From NCBI GenBank assembly GCA_026417135.1, contig JAOADV010000002.1, positions 72,985-136,984 on the forward strand: 64,000 bases of DNA, written 5' to 3'. The DNA is from Ignavibacteria bacterium (lineage in GTDB: Bacteria > Bacteroidota > Ignavibacteria > Kapaibacteriales > UBA2268). A model generated the notes under the pieces. The model was not told the DNA's origin, searched no databases, and saw only the letters and a program-made list of their open reading frames with translations. Both the position numbers and the translations under genes were made by a program. Every line of letters begins with the position of its first letter. The stretch's first letter is position 1. Below are positions 60,695 through 64,000 of the stretch, one piece after another.

Positions 60695-61249
60695 ATGATT
60701 AAAATTTTAGTTGTTGTAGCTAATGGAACAGAAGAGATTGAAGCTGTAGTGCCGGTTGATTTGTTTCGCCGTGCTGGTTTTGATGTTGTTCTTGCAGGAA
60801 CCGAAGAATTTGTTATGTGTTCCCGCGGGGTTGTTCTAAAACCAGATTATTTAATTGTAGATATTCCAAGCGATTGTGAATTCGACCTCTTGTTTTTACC
60901 CGGCGGTCGGCAAGGAGTGGAGACTTTAGTTAAGAATGCTCATTTTAAAAAAATTGTAATGACTCATTTTGAAAAAGGGAAAAAGATAGCTGCGATTTGC
61001 GCTGCCCCTTTGATTTTGATTGAATATGGAATTTATCCCGAAAGACGACCCATAACAAGCCACCCTTCAATCAGCTCCCAATTTGAGAAATACGAATATA
61101 AGAATGAACCGATTGTCATCGAAGAGCCTTTTTTTACAAGTCGTGGAGCTGGAACTTCAATTGAATTTGCACTAACTTTAATCGAATCGTTTGCTGGAAA
61201 GGAAATAGCAAAAAGAGTTGCCCAAGAAATTGTTTATCCGCATTTTTAA
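60695..61249 (+). CDS. DJ-1/PfpI family protein
   Basis: KILVVVANGTEEIEAVVPVDLFRRAGF... Nucleophile-elbow AAICAAPLIL. 184 aa. Confidence 0.8.
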   Translation: MIKILVVVANGTEEIEAVVPVDLFRRAGFDVVLAGTEEFVMCSRGVVLKPDYLIVDIPSDCEFDLLFLPGGRQGVETLVKNAHFKKIVMTHFEKGKKIAAICAAPLILIEYGIYPERRPITSHPSISSQFEKYEYKNEPIVIEEPFFTSRGAGTSIEFALTLIESFAGKEIAKRVAQEIVYPHF

Positions 61250-61256
61250 GCAAAAT

Positions 61257-61532
61257 ATGGCTATAAAAAGAGCTGAATTTGTTGTTTATGGTAATGTTCA
61301 AGGTGTTGGATTTCGGTATTTCGTTTACCGTAAGGCAAATAGTTTAAATTTGTGCGGTTTTGTAAAAAATATGTATGATGGGACGGTTTTGGTTGTAGCC
61401 GAAGGTCCAGAGGAAAATATTGCTTTACTTTTCGAACAACTCAGAATTGGACCTCCACACGCTTATGTTTTTAAAGTTGAAGTGGAATATTTTCCACCAA
61501 CTAATGAGTTCAAAAAATTCGAAATTCGTTAA
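61257..61532 (+). CDS. acyP: acylphosphatase
   Basis: [14 protein letters not shown] signature and [17 protein letters not shown]. Start taken at the ATG at 61257, just after the DJ-1 stop. The track start at 61218 overlaps DJ-1. Confidence 0.85.
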   Translation: MAIKRAEFVVYGNVQGVGFRYFVYRKANSLNLCGFVKNMYDGTVLVVAEGPEENIALLFEQLRIGPPHAYVFKVEVEYFPPTNEFKKFEIR

Positions 61533-61549
61533 AGAATTCCTTATTTCAA

Positions 61550-64000
61550 ATGTTTAAAAAACTTTACTGTGTTCTTACAATTTTAGTTGTTCATATATCT
61601 CATTCTTTGTCGAAGGAATTGATTATTAAACCTGAACAATTGGAACCACGAATTGGGCTGGTTTTGAGCGGAGGTGGCGCTCGGGGTATCGCTCAAATTG
61701 GGGTTTTAAAGGTGCTCGAAAAAAATGGAGTAAAGATATCATATATTGTTGGTACAAGTATTGGAGCCTTCGTTGGAGGTTTGTATGCTATTGGCTACAC
61801 GCCCGACGAGTTGGAACAAATTGCTAAAACAACTGATTGGTCAGAAATTTTGACATTAACTAAGAATCAGGAAAGGACGGATTTTTTTCTTGACCAGAAA
61901 ATTCTTCACGATAAAACTTTTGCTACTTTACGATTTAAAAATTTCAAGTTTGTCTATCCCCAAGCAATTTCATTGGGTTGGCGTTTTAATTCTTTCATTC
62001 AAAATTTGGTTTGGAAAGGAGCTTATTATTCGTCCGATTTTAATGCCTTGAAAGTTCCTTTTCGTGCTATTGCAACAGATGTTATTTCTGGTAACACAAT
62101 TTCAATTAGTAACGGTAATCTTGTTATGGCTCTCCGAGCTAGCTCGACAGTACCTTTGATAAATACCCCAATTACTCTCGATACTATGCTACTTGTCGAC
62201 GGCGGACTTTTTGCTAATGTACCAGTTGAAAGCATTTGGGAATTCTCTCCAGATTTGACAATTGCAATTAATACAATTTCCCCGATTTATCAGAAACAGC
62301 AATTGAATACACCTTGGTCAATTGCCAACCAGATTGTCTCAATTTTTATGAAGAAATTTTCGGACAATGCCAAGACTCAGGTAGATTTTTTGATTGAGCC
62401 AGAAATAGGACATTACTCGAACGATAACTTCTTTGGATTGGATACTTTGATACAAAAAGGTGAAGAAGCAGGGGAGAAAGCTTTGGATAATTTAAAAACC
62501 ATAATTTCAAACAAAAAGGATTCAATTATAGATGTTTTTTTGGAAAATATTCGTAAAGAATTTAGTTTAAATGAGCAAGTAAATCTTGAATTAACCAGAG
62601 ATAGCGAAGAGATGTCAATTTATAGAATTACTCCAAATAAAACTTCTAATTCGATTGAACTTAGAAACTTGTTGAAAAGTCTTAACCATAAAACAGTAGA
62701 TTCCATAGTTTTCACAAATACATTTGTCGAAGGAAGCTATGTATCTCCGATAGTTTCAAATTTCGAGGTAAGAATTTATAAAACTTCAAAAGTTGAACAT
62801 ATTGTGTGCGAATGCGATGTTCCAAGGTTAAAATTAATTTGCGACTCTATTGCTTCTCTTTACGTTGGTTCCTACAATAACAATTCGACAAAAAATGAAA
62901 TAGTTGAAAAACTAAAAAAATCTTTTGCAAGAAACGGATTCTCCTTTTCGCTTGTTAATGTTGTTTCAAGAGATAAATTTTTAATATTATACATCAAGCC
63001 AACAAAGATTTCCAAAATTAACATAGACAAAAGTGTAGAGACCAGCGAAGTCCTTATACGTCGTGAACTTGCCTTGAAAGAAGGTGATTTCGCGAACGCT
63101 GAAAACATAACAAAGACTTGGGCCAATCTTCTGAGCACAGAATTGTTTAATGACTTGATAATCGATTTTGATTTGGATACTTCCTTGGCAACTTGCTCAA
63201 TTAATATTAATGCATTGGAACGAGGAACTCAGACATTAAATCTGTTACTTAGATTTGATAACGAAAGGAATTTCCAAGCAGGCGCCGACTTTGTTCAAGA
63301 AAACTTGTTTAATAGTGGTTTTAGGTCGATTTTTTCGATTGGAGGGACAAAAAATGATTTCTTTTCAAAATTCTTGCTTACTCAGACAAGAGTTTTAAAT
63401 ACTGATTTTACTTTTTCCGGGGAAGCTTTTTATGAAAATTACCTTATTCGAAACTATGCGCGTAAGCTACCTACTCCTATCAATCGTTACGAAAGCTTTT
63501 TGCAAAGTGAAACGACCGCAGAATGCTTTGGTTCATTTCTTAAAGTTGGCATTCAACTTGAACGACTTGGCAATCTTTATTTAGGGCTACGTCGAGAATG
63601 GCAAAGGTTTTATCAACAAAATGAACCAAAGCCAGATTTCTACAATTTTACAAATCTCAGTGTTGGCTTGATTTTCGACTCACGAAATGATGTTGACTTT
63701 TCTGTGGACGGGAAGTATATCGAACTTTTTCTGGAAGTACCATTTATTAAAACTTCCAAAGGAATAAACTTTACCAAAGCCACTTTTCATTATTTAAATA
63801 ACTTTCGGGTTAATAATTTTGTCTTCAGGCCCAATGTTATGTTTGGTTTCGCCGATATTAATCTGCCTTACCCAGAATTTTTTAGTTTAGGAGGTGAAAA
63901 AAATTTCTATGGCTTTTACGAAGAAGAGTTTCGTGGAAGGCAAAGGTTTTCGTCTGGTTTTGATATTCAGTATAAATTGCCTTTTAAGTTCTTTTTCGAT
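61550..64000 (+). CDS. patatin-like phospholipase fused to POTRA/Omp85 (BamA-type) outer-membrane beta-barrel, 3'-partial (runs off window)
   Basis: ATG at 61550. Signal peptide. Patatin motifs [21 protein letters not shown] (GxSxG) and [12 protein letters not shown] (catalytic DGG). Long beta-rich continuation with no stop before nt 64000. Not in the ORF track because it has no stop. Confidence 0.7.
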   Translation, partial: MFKKLYCVLTILVVHISHSLSKELIIKPEQLEPRIGLVLSGGGARGIAQIGVLKVLEKNGVKISYIVGTSIGAFVGGLYAIGYTPDELEQIAKTTDWSEILTLTKNQERTDFFLDQKILHDKTFATLRFKNFKFVYPQAISLGWRFNSFIQNLVWKGAYYSSDFNALKVPFRAIATDVISGNTISISNGNLVMALRASSTVPLINTPITLDTMLLVDGGLFANVPVESIWEFSPDLTIAINTISPIYQKQQLNTPWSIANQIVSIFMKKFSDNAKTQVDFLIEPEIGHYSNDNFFGLDTLIQKGEEAGEKALDNLKTIISNKKDSIIDVFLENIRKEFSLNEQVNLELTRDSEEMSIYRITPNKTSNSIELRNLLKSLNHKTVDSIVFTNTFVEGSYVSPIVSNFEVRIYKTSKVEHIVCECDVPRLKLICDSIASLYVGSYNNNSTKNEIVEKLKKSFARNGFSFSLVNVVSRDKFLILYIKPTKISKINIDKSVETSEVLIRRELALKEGDFANAENITKTWANLLSTELFNDLIIDFDLDTSLATCSININALERGTQTLNLLLRFDNERNFQAGADFVQENLFNSGFRSIFSIGGTKNDFFSKFLLTQTRVLNTDFTFSGEAFYENYLIRNYARKLPTPINRYESFLQSETTAECFGSFLKVGIQLERLGNLYLGLRREWQRFYQQNEPKPDFYNFTNLSVGLIFDSRNDVDFSVDGKYIELFLEVPFIKTSKGINFTKATFHYLNNFRVNNFVFRPNVMFGFADINLPYPEFFSLGGEKNFYGFYEEEFRGRQRFSSGFDIQYKLPFKFFFD

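Overview
This reads as an ordinary AT-rich (roughly one-third G+C by eye) chromosomal segment from an FCB-group bacterium. Three proteins end in type IX secretion (T9SS) C-terminal sorting domains, and a DUF2723 membrane protein and a BatA-N membrane protein are present, which points to Bacteroidota/Ignavibacteria/Chlorobi-like lineages. A pyruvate:ferredoxin oxidoreductase (PFOR) suggests an anaerobic or microaerophilic lifestyle.

I support about 48 coding genes. I found no rRNA, tRNA, CRISPR array, transposase or integrase, so the window looks like core chromosome rather than a mobile island. I also see no compact defense-island-like cassette.

The main content, in order:
- Aspartokinase, a leucine-rich-repeat protein, and a large DUF2723 (TMEM260-like, GT-C fold) membrane protein.
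- PFOR followed by a dihydroorotate-dehydrogenase-like protein that lacks the catalytic residue.
- A bacillithiol ligase BshC homolog and an iron-sulfur-flavoprotein-like protein.
- An orphan PAS histidine kinase divergent from a secreted M4 metalloprotease.
- Class 1 fructose-1,6-bisphosphatase, a cupin and J-domain gene pair, a BatA-N membrane protein, a PduO-type corrinoid adenosyltransferase, ymdB-asd, OsmC, and NAD-dependent DNA ligase.
- A prolyl oligopeptidase, then a minus-strand cluster of secreted hydrolase and adhesin genes: penicillin/AHL-type acylase, an SDR epimerase, an S8 subtilase with an internal BNR propeller, a lipoprotein and a vWA adhesin.
- rsmB, then a nine-gene SUF Fe-S operon (Rrf2, sufB, sufC, sufD, sufS, sufU, sufT, fdx, A-type carrier) followed by a DUF1848 protein with a C-terminal Cx3Cx2C motif.
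- A redox/detox gene run (LOG, MGMT-like, DsbD, DJ-1, acylphosphatase) and a 3'-truncated patatin-Omp85 protein.

The most novel-looking points are the Fe-S-type DUF1848 gene appended to the SUF operon, the subtilase carrying an inserted BNR beta-propeller inside a T9SS cargo cluster, the catalytically decayed DHOD-like partner of PFOR, and the DUF2723/LRR pair.

Several ORF-track starts look over-extended and are corrected below. Base-level coordinates of small motifs are approximate (+/- a few nt).
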